A stretch of 64,000 bases of DNA from Chthonomonadales bacterium (GCA_027459625.1 DAIDHP010000005.1:130817-194816); one strand, 5' to 3'; numbered from the stretch's first letter, positions 19,573 through 30,027 are shown. Numbers and translations: made by a program. Notes: generated from the letters alone by a model not told the origin.

Positions 19573-20178
19573 CTATCTTATCCTCGCAAAATACTCCACG
19601 CTCCCCCACGCCATCTCCAATGCGAAGTAAACGAACATCAGGGCGAATAGCTTGAACGCCATAGGAACGACCCTGGGGTTGGAGAGAGCCTTGCGAAAAG
19701 TGGAGAAAACCGCCGCGACGCCCACCGTGGAAGCCAGCCACCCTATCTCCACGAGCGCGAGGAAAAGATACTGGCCCATGAATATCCTTTTATCCAACAC
19801 GACCGCTCTGGGGACGCACACGGTGATCCAGAAGGTCCACAACACCCCGTTCGCCAAAATCATCGAAACGATCTTCCCAGGGGTGAAATTCACCTTCTCC
19901 CTCGAATCGATCTCCCTGACCCTCCATATCAGCGAGGCGATCCAAATCAGCACCCCCGCCCCCACGAACGAAAGCCCCGCGAAAAACGCATATGGAAGAT
20001 GCATGGATGTCAGAACGCTCATACTGAACAGTGCAACCGTTGTCTCCGTGAGCATTGCAAGGAGGATAATCCGAAGACACCTCAAGAATCCGCTCTGCAG
20101 GATCTCCGTGAAAGTCGCGGCAAGCGCCGGCCCCGGCACCACCCCTCCAATCAAACCAAGCAAAAAAGCTGCGATCAT
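19573..20178 (-). CDS. LysE/RhtB-family transporter-like membrane protein
   Basis: 201 aa hydrophobic protein with N-terminal G…GVVPGP and central ANG…W.FW motifs. Confidence 0.7.
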   Translation of the reverse strand: MIAAFLLGLIGGVVPGPALAATFTEILQSGFLRCLRIILLAMLTETTVALFSMSVLTSMHLPYAFFAGLSFVGAGVLIWIASLIWRVREIDSREKVNFTPGKIVSMILANGVLWTFWITVCVPRAVVLDKRIFMGQYLFLALVEIGWLASTVGVAAVFSTFRKALSNPRVVPMAFKLFALMFVYFALEMAWGSVEYFARIR

Positions 20179-20676
20179 CGTTTCCTATTACCCGGGAATA
20201 TTGTAAAAACTCTCATCTTCTATCGATTATAGATTCTACCCTTGCCATAGACTGATCCCTACACATGCCCTTCATTCTCGAATATCTCCGAACCTGGAGA
20301 TAAATCCCCGAGTTGAGGCTTACGGATTTCCCTGTATGTCCTTTGGAGGGGTAATGGCATAGGGAGAATATCGCCTTCCGATGAAAAGTTAAAATCAACC
20401 TCCGTATGGTTCCATTGACTGTCCATCCGGTATTCAATCTCCATATCATATTCCTTCTGCACACCCTCACCCAGTCTTTGAGGGAGATCATAATTCCCCA
20501 CCCGAAACTTTTCCACCTATTCATCGTCTATTTCATCGTGCATACTGTTCATTAGCATCCTTTGCCTGCAATGACGATGGTATCCACTTCAAGCGATAAA
20601 TAAAGCCATTATTTCACTCAGTCCTATCTCTTTTTTTTTCATCAGACCCTAATAAACTGCTTTTAAGGAGTTACCA

Positions 20677-22506
20677 ATGAGGGCGTCCATGCTCATCCTT
20701 GCCGCTTTCTTGTTTATAGTTCTAGCCTTTGTCCCGCCATCTTTCGCCGCGATCCAGATTGATGACACCGGCGCAACGTTACGAATATCCAACGGCGCCT
20801 TGATACTCGACATCACCAAGAATAACGGAAAGATCGTCTCCCTTCGCCGTGTTGGCGGTCCGAAGGTGTTAGGTCCCAATCGGCCGATCTACTTCGACGC
20901 TAACGGGCACGGCTCCCTGCATCCGCGAAAAGACTACTGGGGATTCTCAGACGCCGTCTATCGCCTTGTTCGCCGCACGCCACATATGCTTGAGATATCC
21001 TTTGAGCAGGATGGCGGCGACTACTTTCCTTTTCTAATCCGCCTGCACTATATTCTTTTCGAGAACGATCCCGGTATCTACTGTTATGTCACCTATCGTC
21101 ACGATGTTAAAGGTCCAATTGGGACGATCGGTCAGACCCGAATGGTGATCAAATGCAAGGAGGACTACTTCACGCATTACTATGTGAACCGTCAGGAGCA
21201 AGGAGAATATCCGCCGTTCCTAAAGCCCGGACAACATCTTGTGAAGGTAACCGACGCCACCTATCGTTTCCCCAATGGCAGAATCGCAACCAAATACAAC
21301 CTAGCCGATTTCGAGGATCATCAGCATTTCCACGGTCTGATGGGTCCGGATGCCGGTGTTTGGATCATCAATGCAAGCAATGAATACGTGAACGGCGGTC
21401 CGACGAAGCAGGAGTTGATGGTGCATGAGGATGACCCCATCATTCTGGAGATGTTTCATGGCGGGCATTTCCTTGACTATCACGATATGGACACGAACGT
21501 TTCCGGAAAGTGGGAGAAGTGTTACGGACCTTATCTGATCTATCTCAATTCCGGACCCACTCCCCAGGCGATGATTGCGGACGCCCAGCGCAGAGCGGAG
21601 CAAGAGGAGCGGGAATGGCCCTACAAATGGATGGAAAGCCCGCTCTATCCGATCCGAAGAGGCGGGTTAAAGGGTTCTCTTGATATCACGGATGGTAGCT
21701 CCCCGGCGAACGCCACGGTAATCCTCGCCGCGCCAACTCCCGACTGGCAACTGCAATGGAGGGGATACATCTTTTGGAGTCATGCCAAACGGAACGGCTC
21801 TTTTAAGATACCTGCGGTGCGTCCCGGCAAATACACACTCTACGCATTCACATCAGGGGTCGTCGGGGAGTATCGCAAGGACAACGTCATTATCCGCAAG
21901 GGCGAAATAACATCCGTTGGAAAACTTAACTGGACTCCTCCGATGCATGGCGTCCGTTTATGGCAGGTGGGAATACCGAATCGATCCGCAGAGGAGTTCC
22001 GATACGGCAATCTGCCAAGGCAATTCGGGCTGTGGAACCGGTATCCGACGGATTTCCCGCATGATGTTCATTTCGTTATCGGAAAGAGTTCCGATCGAAA
22101 GGACTGGAACTATTGCGAGCCTGTCGTTCAGCGATCCGACGGTTCCTATCATGCGCCAACTTGGCACGTTCTCTTCCAACTCCCACATGCGGAAACCGGT
22201 ACGGCATATCTAACAATTGGCATCTCGGGGGCGGTGCATAATCCGGATCTATTGGTATCGGCGAACGGAGTGAAGGTGGCTCAATATCACTTCGGCAACG
22301 ACGCCAGTGTCTATCGGGACGCCAACAAAGCCGGGGAGTATCGACTGAAGCTTGCAATGTTTCATGCATCGTTACTGAAAAAGGGCGAGAACGATATCAG
22401 CCTGAAAATCGTGGCGGAGTTACCCCGTCCAAGCGCTTATAATCCCCAAGCTTTACCACGACAGGCGATCATGTACGATTTCCTGAGATTGGAAATTGGG
22501 CGCTGA
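20677..22506 (+). CDS. Secreted rhamnogalacturonan lyase (polysaccharide lyase family 4)
   Basis: Signal peptide; VTDATY, TKYN…D, NEYVNGGPTKQEL…H, YGPYLIYLN, VRPGKYTLYA, LWQVGIPNR.A.EF and C-terminal IMYDFLRLE. Confidence 0.85.
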   Translation: MRASMLILAAFLFIVLAFVPPSFAAIQIDDTGATLRISNGALILDITKNNGKIVSLRRVGGPKVLGPNRPIYFDANGHGSLHPRKDYWGFSDAVYRLVRRTPHMLEISFEQDGGDYFPFLIRLHYILFENDPGIYCYVTYRHDVKGPIGTIGQTRMVIKCKEDYFTHYYVNRQEQGEYPPFLKPGQHLVKVTDATYRFPNGRIATKYNLADFEDHQHFHGLMGPDAGVWIINASNEYVNGGPTKQELMVHEDDPIILEMFHGGHFLDYHDMDTNVSGKWEKCYGPYLIYLNSGPTPQAMIADAQRRAEQEEREWPYKWMESPLYPIRRGGLKGSLDITDGSSPANATVILAAPTPDWQLQWRGYIFWSHAKRNGSFKIPAVRPGKYTLYAFTSGVVGEYRKDNVIIRKGEITSVGKLNWTPPMHGVRLWQVGIPNRSAEEFRYGNLPRQFGLWNRYPTDFPHDVHFVIGKSSDRKDWNYCEPVVQRSDGSYHAPTWHVLFQLPHAETGTAYLTIGISGAVHNPDLLVSANGVKVAQYHFGNDASVYRDANKAGEYRLKLAMFHASLLKKGENDISLKIVAELPRPSAYNPQALPRQAIMYDFLRLEIGR

Positions 22507-22542
22507 GATAAAAGAAGCTAAATTATCCATATCGGCCGATAT

Positions 22543-24552
22543 TTAACGAATCAACACGGCCTCAACCTGTTTCGCGGGGACGGTAACTGTAAAGGATAGA
22601 TATCCGTCCCGCCTCGTTATCTTCAGATTTCTATCCGATGCCAGCGCTTGCGCGCTGGATGGAAAACCTTTCCAATTCAGTTGAGACGTCTCCAGTCGTA
22701 CATCGAAATCCTGAGAAGCATCGTTATTATTCATCACCGTTATGACCACTTGGTCCTTATATCGAAACCAATGCACCTCCGTTTGAGGGAAAGAGCTTAA
22801 ACCGATATCATCCATGAACTCGCCATGCCAGAAGATTGAAGAAGCCGCATCGTCAATCTTCTTCGCACGCTGGATATCCGTCGGACACCAAAAGGGCACT
22901 CCCCCCATTCGAGCGTCGCCGAACATCGGATCCTGGGGAATGGTGTAATGGTACATCTGTGGGAAATAGATGGCGCCATGCATAGCCTGCCAAAAACCAC
23001 CCTGTGATAGATCGACGTATTGCCCGGCCCCCTCCCACGCCCCTTCGATCCAATCCCAAAAGTCAGGATTGATTTTTCGAGCGGCGGAACGAACACCGGT
23101 AAGCATCTCGGTGTATCCCTGCGCCCACGCCGTAGCGGGAGTGGAATGACCATGAGCGCGATCGAAACAGAGAAAAGACTGAGCGGCTCCAACCTGATCC
23201 AGTTGCACGCCGTCTCCGTGGTAATCCTTAGCGATACGCTTAACCGTATCGATGATATCCCTTTGAAAACCCTTCGCGGCGGGACAAAGCACGTTGAAAG
23301 TCTCGCCGTAAGTCTCCGTCACACGCTGACCATCCGCCAATTTCACCGCCCATCCTGGATGCGCGAGATAGGTCGGATCGGTTACGTTGCCAAGGCGAGC
23401 ATTCAGGTAGAAAGTCGCAAGCATGTGCATTGCGTGCATTCCATCCACCAAGGCGACAAGCTCTTTTTCGCCACCCATACGCGTGGTTGGATAGTAATCA
23501 GGGTAAGTGGAATCGTGCCCTTGGCCGAACCATCCCACAAGATGCGCCCCCTGAAATCCCGCTTCATGGAGCTGCCTGGCTTTCTCCAATGCGGCGGCGT
23601 AGGTTCCGGTCTCCATATCCTTGGTGACATCATTCAAATTGGGGTCCTTCACCGGTCTTGCAAGCACCACGATTCCTCCCATCACGGGATCTTTACGCAC
23701 CTCCGGGGATATTCGAGGTGTCTTCGCCCACGAGTCATACCACGCGCGATATCTCCGAGCCGCGACATGCCAATCTCCGCGCAAGGACTGCCAGAGAACA
23801 TCAGGCGAAACCCACTTGTGTCCTGGCGGTATGAACGGATAAAGCGTAGCAGCGAACTCCCGATCCCTGCCGCCGAATTCGAACACCTTATAACTCATAC
23901 TCTTATCGAGTACGTCGAACGCAACGCCCTCATCACGCCCAGCATAAATCAAGTACTGCATGGAGGCTGGAACAGGATACCCTAATTGAAACGGGGCTGA
24001 TGCAAGCTTACCCCAAGGGTCTTTCAACATCTGTCCGGGTCTATCCGGGAAATAGAGGCTTCCATCCGGAATATCCTCAATCCCGAGCATCGGAGGAACA
24101 GTTAGCCCCACCACCGTGCCCTTGGTGTGATTCCACAATGTGATACTCCAAACAATTTCGCGGGTTCTTTGGTTTGGGGTCGCCGTCACTAAGCCTTGAA
24201 TAGGCTTCCCGCCAAATGAGTGAATATAAATGAGGATGGATTTCTTATTTCGAGTGATTTTCACGGAGTGTGGGATCAATTTCACCCATGTACGGGCTTT
24301 CCAGATATCGGGTTCATCCGAGTAATAGACGTCAATCACGGGGATAGTTGGGGATTGGGATAAAATATGCGCTCCGTCACGCCATATCAACCCCTCTTCG
24401 CTAATGCTCAATCGCATGTATCCGGTTCTCGCCTTGGCATGCGCATTGTTAAACACGGGCATCATCAGGACAAACCCGAGAAGAAAAGTCAAAACATAAC
24501 CGCGGAGTGTATTTGGTTCGTCTTTGACGGACATATAGCGATAAATTGACAT
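22543..24552 (-). CDS. Secreted/membrane-anchored DUF6259-like putative glycoside hydrolase
   Basis: N-terminal hydrophobic segment; GDWHVAARRYRAW, VGW…GHDSTYPDY, YLNAR, GVQLDQVG and WIEG motifs of a GH-D-like barrel. Confidence 0.6.
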   Translation of the reverse strand: MSIYRYMSVKDEPNTLRGYVLTFLLGFVLMMPVFNNAHAKARTGYMRLSISEEGLIWRDGAHILSQSPTIPVIDVYYSDEPDIWKARTWVKLIPHSVKITRNKKSILIYIHSFGGKPIQGLVTATPNQRTREIVWSITLWNHTKGTVVGLTVPPMLGIEDIPDGSLYFPDRPGQMLKDPWGKLASAPFQLGYPVPASMQYLIYAGRDEGVAFDVLDKSMSYKVFEFGGRDREFAATLYPFIPPGHKWVSPDVLWQSLRGDWHVAARRYRAWYDSWAKTPRISPEVRKDPVMGGIVVLARPVKDPNLNDVTKDMETGTYAAALEKARQLHEAGFQGAHLVGWFGQGHDSTYPDYYPTTRMGGEKELVALVDGMHAMHMLATFYLNARLGNVTDPTYLAHPGWAVKLADGQRVTETYGETFNVLCPAAKGFQRDIIDTVKRIAKDYHGDGVQLDQVGAAQSFLCFDRAHGHSTPATAWAQGYTEMLTGVRSAARKINPDFWDWIEGAWEGAGQYVDLSQGGFWQAMHGAIYFPQMYHYTIPQDPMFGDARMGGVPFWCPTDIQRAKKIDDAASSIFWHGEFMDDIGLSSFPQTEVHWFRYKDQVVITVMNNNDASQDFDVRLETSQLNWKGFPSSAQALASDRNLKITRRDGYLSFTVTVPAKQVEAVLIR

Positions 24553-24721
24553 ACGCGAATTCCTCTATGATCAAATTGGCTTTTTCTTATTCTTGATTCT
24601 ACCCCTATGCGCCAATATGGTCATCATAGTGATGATAAAACGTAAGTGGCATGAATTTCGCAATAGACAAGGATAGATTACGCTTATTTCTGCTTACTGA
24701 GAAAATCGAAGAGGATGAGGC

Positions 24722-26140
24722 ATGATTTCCAATGCGTCTAGACGCGCATTCACCAACACCTCCGCATGCGTCATCGGAGGCGTCCTTCAAAAAGGTTGCG
24801 GGTTGTGGTTGCTACACATCACCGTTTCCGGCATGGAAAGCATACGCCACGGCATGTTCGGTGAGTGGAGCGTCGTTCTCACCTTGCTGGGATACGCGGG
24901 AGCGTTGGCGGATTTTCAGCTCGATCTGATTCTCCTCACTGAGTTCAGCAAGGAAATAATCCCCCCGTCAAGAGTTCTCGGCAATGGTATCTTCATCAAG
25001 CTCCTGCTCTCGATTGTCGCTTGTACGGGCTTAATGATTTTTCTTTCTTTCACACCCTATTCTTTCGGGATGAAAATCGCCGTCATCTTCGGATCATTCT
25101 CCCTTTTCGGCGGAGTATTGGGTGTTTTCCGGGTGTACTGTCAATCAAGACTCGAATCGCTTTTCATCAACGTCATTCAACTTTTGAGCGCTTTTTTGCT
25201 CCTGACCGGGTTCGCCCTACTGATTGCGCGTCATGCCAACCTGATTGCGTTTATAATGGTGCAAGTTCTCGCCACAATCCCAGGGGATATGTACATCGCA
25301 TATCGCGTCTTAAAGTCGGTTAGACCCGATTTCACCCCGAATATCTTTCTGATGCGTTCTTTTTTGACTCAAACGCTCATTCCTGGCTTAGGTTCCTTCA
25401 TCACGATCATCGCATATCGTTACGATGTTATTCTTCTCTCCCTATTCCGTAGTTCGAAGGAAGTCGGCATGTACGCCGCATCGTTTCGGCTCACAGAGGC
25501 TTTCAGCTTCATTCCCGGCGCGGTAATCAAATCCATTTATCCGTTGCTCTGCCGCGTCAAGGATCCATCGGAAGCGTACCCCATCCTTTTACGCTGGATG
25601 ATGATCCCGGGAGCGGCCATACTTGTGTTATTTCTCTCCTGCGGGGATGCAATCCTTTCCCTAATGTACGGCGAGGAGATGATGGAGGCGAGCGGGGTGA
25701 TCCGATGGCTGGGAGCGGCGGAATGCATCATGTTCCTCTCTCCCCTCCCTTTCTTCATTTTGATTGCTTCTGGAAAAAGAAAGGAGTTTATCGTTTCAGT
25801 TTGCGTGTTTGTATCGGTAAATATCCTATCCAACAGCCTTTTCACACCTAAATACGGCGTCGTTATTGCGGCAATCTGTACAACTATCACGGAATTAACC
25901 GCCTTCACGATTGGCAGCATCATGCTTCTTAGAAGTTCCAAATTCCGTTATCCCGGGAGAACGTCCCCTATTTTCATAGGCTGTATCGCAACCATGATAA
26001 TAATGAAGCAATTGGGGCGTTTGCATCCATTGCTCAGGATTGTATTATGCCTTGGAACTTACGGTATCGCGCAAATCATTACGAGAGGGGTTAATCGAGA
26101 GGATGTTCGATTATTGAGAATGGTGCTTTTACGTGAATGA
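24722..26140 (+). CDS. Wzx-like flippase/oligosaccharide exporter (MOP superfamily)
   Basis: 472 aa with many TM helices; RYDVILLS…EVGMYAASFRL…FIPGA…SIYP and PKYGVVIAA motifs. Confidence 0.8.
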   Translation: MISNASRRAFTNTSACVIGGVLQKGCGLWLLHITVSGMESIRHGMFGEWSVVLTLLGYAGALADFQLDLILLTEFSKEIIPPSRVLGNGIFIKLLLSIVACTGLMIFLSFTPYSFGMKIAVIFGSFSLFGGVLGVFRVYCQSRLESLFINVIQLLSAFLLLTGFALLIARHANLIAFIMVQVLATIPGDMYIAYRVLKSVRPDFTPNIFLMRSFLTQTLIPGLGSFITIIAYRYDVILLSLFRSSKEVGMYAASFRLTEAFSFIPGAVIKSIYPLLCRVKDPSEAYPILLRWMMIPGAAILVLFLSCGDAILSLMYGEEMMEASGVIRWLGAAECIMFLSPLPFFILIASGKRKEFIVSVCVFVSVNILSNSLFTPKYGVVIAAICTTITELTAFTIGSIMLLRSSKFRYPGRTSPIFIGCIATMIIMKQLGRLHPLLRIVLCLGTYGIAQIITRGVNREDVRLLRMVLLRE

Positions 26141-27007
26141 GACGGATCCATCGGAGAGGAGTTCCAAATGACATATGCCATCGTATACAAATTCAGCCGG
26201 TCCACGCATCATCAATTCCCCGTTAACCAGATGTTTTACATGTAAATCACCGCCCTTGCTGCTAACGCGCACTTCATCGCAATCCGGGTTCTTACGAAAC
26301 AGTTCCGCAGCGACGGCGCAAGCCCCCGTCCCGCAGCCAAGGGTCTCGCCTGCTCCGCGCTCCCAAATTCGTATCCCGACATGATTGCAGTCCTGCAGCT
26401 TGACCCACATCAGGCTGATCCGCTCTGGAAACAAGGGATGGTTCTCAACTTGAGAGCTTATCTTTTGAAAAGTGTCGTCATCGGGCAAGCAATCCGTGAA
26501 GGTGATCGCATGTGCCGATCCCGTGGATAGCGCGGATATGGTTAGTCGGACTCCGCTATCGGGAAGTTCCAACGTATAATCCAACAACTCTTCAGAGGAT
26601 AGAGCTGGAATTGCCTTCGGATGGAAATTCGGCACGCTCATCCCAACCGTCACATCGCGTTCATGTATGATCGCCTGCCGGACACCCGCCTTGGTGGCAA
26701 TGGAGATATAACGATCCTTTTCATCATTCATAGGAAGCATCCCTCTTTCCAAAGCGTAACGCGCGGAGCACCGCAATCCATTGCCGCAAAAATCATACGT
26801 GCCGTCAGGGTTCAGCATGATCATCCGCAAGTCGGCGGATTCCGGACGCGAAAGAAGCAGAATGCCGTCGGAACCGATCCCGAATCTTCTGTCGCATAAT
26901 TTTGTCGCCAGCAAAGACCAATTCAATTCCGGATAATGCGGTTCCTCCAGAACGATAAAATCATTCCCTACGCCTTGCATCTTTGTGAAACGAATTTCGT
27001 GTACCAT
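26129..27007 (-). CDS. dapF: Diaminopimelate epimerase
   Basis: FTKMQGVGNDF, RRFGIGSDG, FCGNGLRC, RIWERGAGETLGCGTG. ATG at 27007 preferred. Confidence 0.95.
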   Translation of the reverse strand: MVHEIRFTKMQGVGNDFIVLEEPHYPELNWSLLATKLCDRRFGIGSDGILLLSRPESADLRMIMLNPDGTYDFCGNGLRCSARYALERGMLPMNDEKDRYISIATKAGVRQAIIHERDVTVGMSVPNFHPKAIPALSSEELLDYTLELPDSGVRLTISALSTGSAHAITFTDCLPDDDTFQKISSQVENHPLFPERISLMWVKLQDCNHVGIRIWERGAGETLGCGTGACAVAAELFRKNPDCDEVRVSSKGGDLHVKHLVNGELMMRGPAEFVYDGICHLELLSDGSVSFT

Positions 27008-27117
27008 GTTATCTTTTATCGTTACGATCGATATTCCTTTCGCATAGCACATAGTTGATTACGACCAAGCAACCACCTTATGTACGATACGATTCTTAAT
27101 TCTCAATCATTTGCGGT

Positions 27118-27504
27118 TCAAAGCAATTCCGCCAATGTCGTGGAGCGAAAGGCGTTCTCAGTCGCCTCCAAAACGGAATCCAACCTTCGGTGAAGCGGAC
27201 AGAGGTTTTTTCCATGAGAAGTATTTTTCAGAGGACAGCTCTCGATTCTCTTCATTGGGTCGACGGCATTGATCACATCGTATACTGTGATATCCTCGGG
27301 AGGCTTTACAAGCGAAAATCCCCCCTTCAACCCTCTATGGGAATGGATCACCCCCGCCTTTGTCAGCGACTGTAGTACTTTTGACAAATAAGCGATGGGA
27401 ACTTCGGTCGCGTCTGCGATCTGACGCGTGGACAGGGATGATTCCCGGCATTTCGCCATATGTATGACGGCTCGTAACGCGTATTCAGCGGTTTGTGAAA
27501 TCAT
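27118..27504 (-). CDS. Rrf2-family transcriptional regulator (NsrR-like role)
   Basis: SQTAEYALRA, YLSKVLQSL, SHRGLKGGFSL and C-terminal CPL…LCPLH. Divergent from qNor. Confidence 0.9.
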   Translation of the reverse strand: MISQTAEYALRAVIHMAKCRESSLSTRQIADATEVPIAYLSKVLQSLTKAGVIHSHRGLKGGFSLVKPPEDITVYDVINAVDPMKRIESCPLKNTSHGKNLCPLHRRLDSVLEATENAFRSTTLAELL

Positions 27505-27618
27505 GAAGGCTCCTTTATATCCTTGATGCATCCTTGTTGACGGCTATCATGGATGTTAATCAACGAAAAACCCCGTATGGACCCGAACTATTTGACATGG
27601 CTAAAAAATTTTCAAATC

Positions 27619-27634
27619 TGGATATTGACATCCA
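27619..27634. promoter_or_regulatory. Putative Rrf2 operator 1 (TGGATAT-TG-ACATCCA)
   Basis: 7-2-7 near-perfect palindrome that overlaps the TTGACA -35 box. Confidence 0.7.
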
Positions 27635-27654
27635 GTATACCTCGTATGTATAAT
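27625..27654 (+). promoter_or_regulatory. Sigma-70 promoter of the qNor operon
   Basis: TTGACA (27625-27630), 18-bp spacer, TATAAT (27649-27654), 84 nt before the qNor ATG. Confidence 0.75.
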
Positions 27655-27664
27655 TGAATAAATC

Positions 27665-27680
27665 TGGATATGCATATCCA
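27665..27680. promoter_or_regulatory. Putative Rrf2 operator 2 (TGGATAT-GC-ATATCCA)
   Basis: Perfect 16-bp palindrome just downstream of the predicted +1. Shares the AAATCTGGATAT prefix with operator 1. Confidence 0.72.
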
Positions 27681-27738
27681 ATTTTAATACGCATTCAAAG
27701 CCTGTGATATCTCAATACAAACGATTTGGAGGAAATGA

Positions 27739-30027
27739 ATGAAAAACTTGCGATTATGGATAGTCCTAGGCATAGTCGTTACATTCTCTTTTGCCGTGCT
27801 GGGGTATTTCGGAAGGGAGATATACGTTGAAGCCCCACCAATTCCGAACCGGGTTGTGACGCAGGATGGACAAACCCTCTTCACAGGCAAGGAGATAAGA
27901 AACGGACAAAATGCATGGGAGTCCATGGGTGGTCAGGAAGTAGGCACGGTATGGGGGCATGGCGCCTACGTCGCTCCGGACTGGTCCGCGGATTGGCTGC
28001 ATAGGGAAGCGATCTGGATACTTAATGACTGGGCTAAGGAGCAGGGTTTTCCAAGTTATCAATTTTTAACGGATGAGCAAAAAGCGGCATTGCGGGCTAG
28101 GCTGAGCGATGAATTACGTAAAAACACCTATGACTCCTTGACCGGTAATGTTGTTGTATCCCATACTATCGCGCAAGCGATTCAAGCGGTCTCGGCTCAT
28201 TATATCGCGTTGTTCGGTTCCGATCCATCGATGAATCAATTGAGAAAGGATTACGCGATTCCGGACAATCCGCTCCCAAGCCTGCAGAGAAGGAAGGAGT
28301 TATGTGGATTCTTCTTCTGGGTGGCTTGGGCGTGCATGACCAACCGTCCCGGGTCCAACATCACCTACACGAATAACTGGCCGCCTGAGCGTTTAATTGA
28401 CAACGCTCCCACTGGATCGCTTATCCTTTGGTCCATAATCAGCGTCGTTTTGTTAATCGCCGGCATAGGTGCCCTTTCCTGGTATTTTGCCGTTCGTCGA
28501 AAAGAGGAGCCCGATGAGAAAGTCATCATTCCGGAAAAGGATCCATTGCTCAATCTCAAGCCTACTCCATCCATGCTGGCGACTTTAAAGTATTTTTGGG
28601 TGGTATTGGCGATGTTGCTGGTTCAGATTGCGATGGGAATCATCACCGCTCATTATGGCGTGGAAGGCGAGGGTTTGTATGGCATTCCGCTTGCAAAATG
28701 GTTACCCTACGCAATCACGCGCACCTGGCACTTGCAACTCGGAATATTCTGGATTGCCACGGCATGGCTTGCGACGGGGCTTTTCGTGGCTCCTGCGGTA
28801 TCAGGATATGAACCGAAGTGGCAGAAAGCGGGTGTAAACTTCCTATTTGTCTGTCTGTTAATTATCGTATCAGGTTCGATGGTCGGTGAATGGCTTGGAG
28901 TTCAGCAGAAGCTAGGGTTGGATGTTAACTTCTGGTTTGGTCATCAGGGCTATGAATATCTGGATCTTGGAAGATTCTGGCAGATATTCCTATTCGTGGG
29001 ATTGCTTCTTTGGCTGGGGTTAATGACCGGAGCCCTTTGGCCTGCTCTTAGAAAAGCCGGGGAGAACAAACAACTCCTCAGTATTTTCATCATATCCGCC
29101 GCTGCGATCGCCCTTTTTTACGGCGCAGGGTTGATGTATGGACGCCAGACAAATCTGGCGATCGCGGAGTATTGGCGATGGTGGGTGGTGCACCTGTGGG
29201 TGGAGGGGTTTTTCGAGGTGTTTTCCACGGTCGTGATTGCATTCCTTTTCACCAGAATGGGTTTGTTGAAGAGCGCGACCGCAGCCAGCTCGATACTGTT
29301 CTCGTCGATCATATTCCTGGGGGGAGGAATCATCGGCACATTCCATCATCTCTACTTCACCGGCACACCAACCTCCATTCTCGCTCTTGGAGCCTCATTC
29401 AGTGCATTGGAGGTTGTGCCGCTCTCTCTCGTGGGATTCGAAGCGTATGGAAACTTGAAAATCAGCCATTCAAAGCCTTGGATCCAGGCGTATAAATGGC
29501 CGATATACTATTTCGTGGCAGTTGGCTTTTGGAATCTAGTGGGTGCGGGACTTTTCGGCTTTCTCATCAACCCGCCCATTAACCTTTATTACATGCAAGG
29601 GTTAAACACCACTCCCGTACACGCACACACCGCCTTGTTCGGGGTATATGGTATGCTTGGTTTGGGCTTGATGCTCTTCTGCCTAAAAGGAATGGACGCG
29701 CATAAGACTTGGAAGGACAAGCCGTTGGCGTTTGCATTCTGGGCGACCAACATTGGACTTGTTTTGATGGTGGCGCTGTCGCTTTTACCGGTGGGTCTAC
29801 TACAGGCATTCGCAAGCATGACGCATGGCATGTGGTATGCTAGGTCGGCCGGATTTCTTCAGAAACCGATCATGGTTCATTTGAGATGGATGAGAATATT
29901 CGGCGATACTCTCTTCGCATTAGGTATTTTCGCTTTTTGTTGGTTCGTGGCGGGGCTGAAAACTAGATGGTCCGTAGAGCAAGACACGGCTGACAAATCT
30001 TTGGATGACTTAATCAACGCCAAATAG
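27739..30027 (+). CDS. norB: Quinol-dependent nitric oxide reductase (qNor)
   Basis: 762 aa; GTVWGHGAYVAPDWSADWLH, RTWHLQ, GYEYLDLGR, VVHLWVEGFFE, GTFHHLYF and HAHTALFGVYG. Confidence 0.95.
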   Translation: MKNLRLWIVLGIVVTFSFAVLGYFGREIYVEAPPIPNRVVTQDGQTLFTGKEIRNGQNAWESMGGQEVGTVWGHGAYVAPDWSADWLHREAIWILNDWAKEQGFPSYQFLTDEQKAALRARLSDELRKNTYDSLTGNVVVSHTIAQAIQAVSAHYIALFGSDPSMNQLRKDYAIPDNPLPSLQRRKELCGFFFWVAWACMTNRPGSNITYTNNWPPERLIDNAPTGSLILWSIISVVLLIAGIGALSWYFAVRRKEEPDEKVIIPEKDPLLNLKPTPSMLATLKYFWVVLAMLLVQIAMGIITAHYGVEGEGLYGIPLAKWLPYAITRTWHLQLGIFWIATAWLATGLFVAPAVSGYEPKWQKAGVNFLFVCLLIIVSGSMVGEWLGVQQKLGLDVNFWFGHQGYEYLDLGRFWQIFLFVGLLLWLGLMTGALWPALRKAGENKQLLSIFIISAAAIALFYGAGLMYGRQTNLAIAEYWRWWVVHLWVEGFFEVFSTVVIAFLFTRMGLLKSATAASSILFSSIIFLGGGIIGTFHHLYFTGTPTSILALGASFSALEVVPLSLVGFEAYGNLKISHSKPWIQAYKWPIYYFVAVGFWNLVGAGLFGFLINPPINLYYMQGLNTTPVHAHTALFGVYGMLGLGLMLFCLKGMDAHKTWKDKPLAFAFWATNIGLVLMVALSLLPVGLLQAFASMTHGMWYARSAGFLQKPIMVHLRWMRIFGDTLFALGIFAFCWFVAGLKTRWSVEQDTADKSLDDLINAK

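Noticed and set aside
19377-19575. Start-less open frame after the LysE-like gene (…EWRNEQLEFVGHAPWNNVQLEPFEG…)
   Set aside because: No start codon or recognisable family; at most a gene remnant.
20175-20552. Acidic minus-strand frame interrupted by three successive TAG stops (20517, 20259, 20220); stop-codon recoding considered
   Set aside because: Neighbouring pseudogenes break at TAA, TGA and frameshifts too, and intact genes here end in TAG. Decay or chance explains it better.
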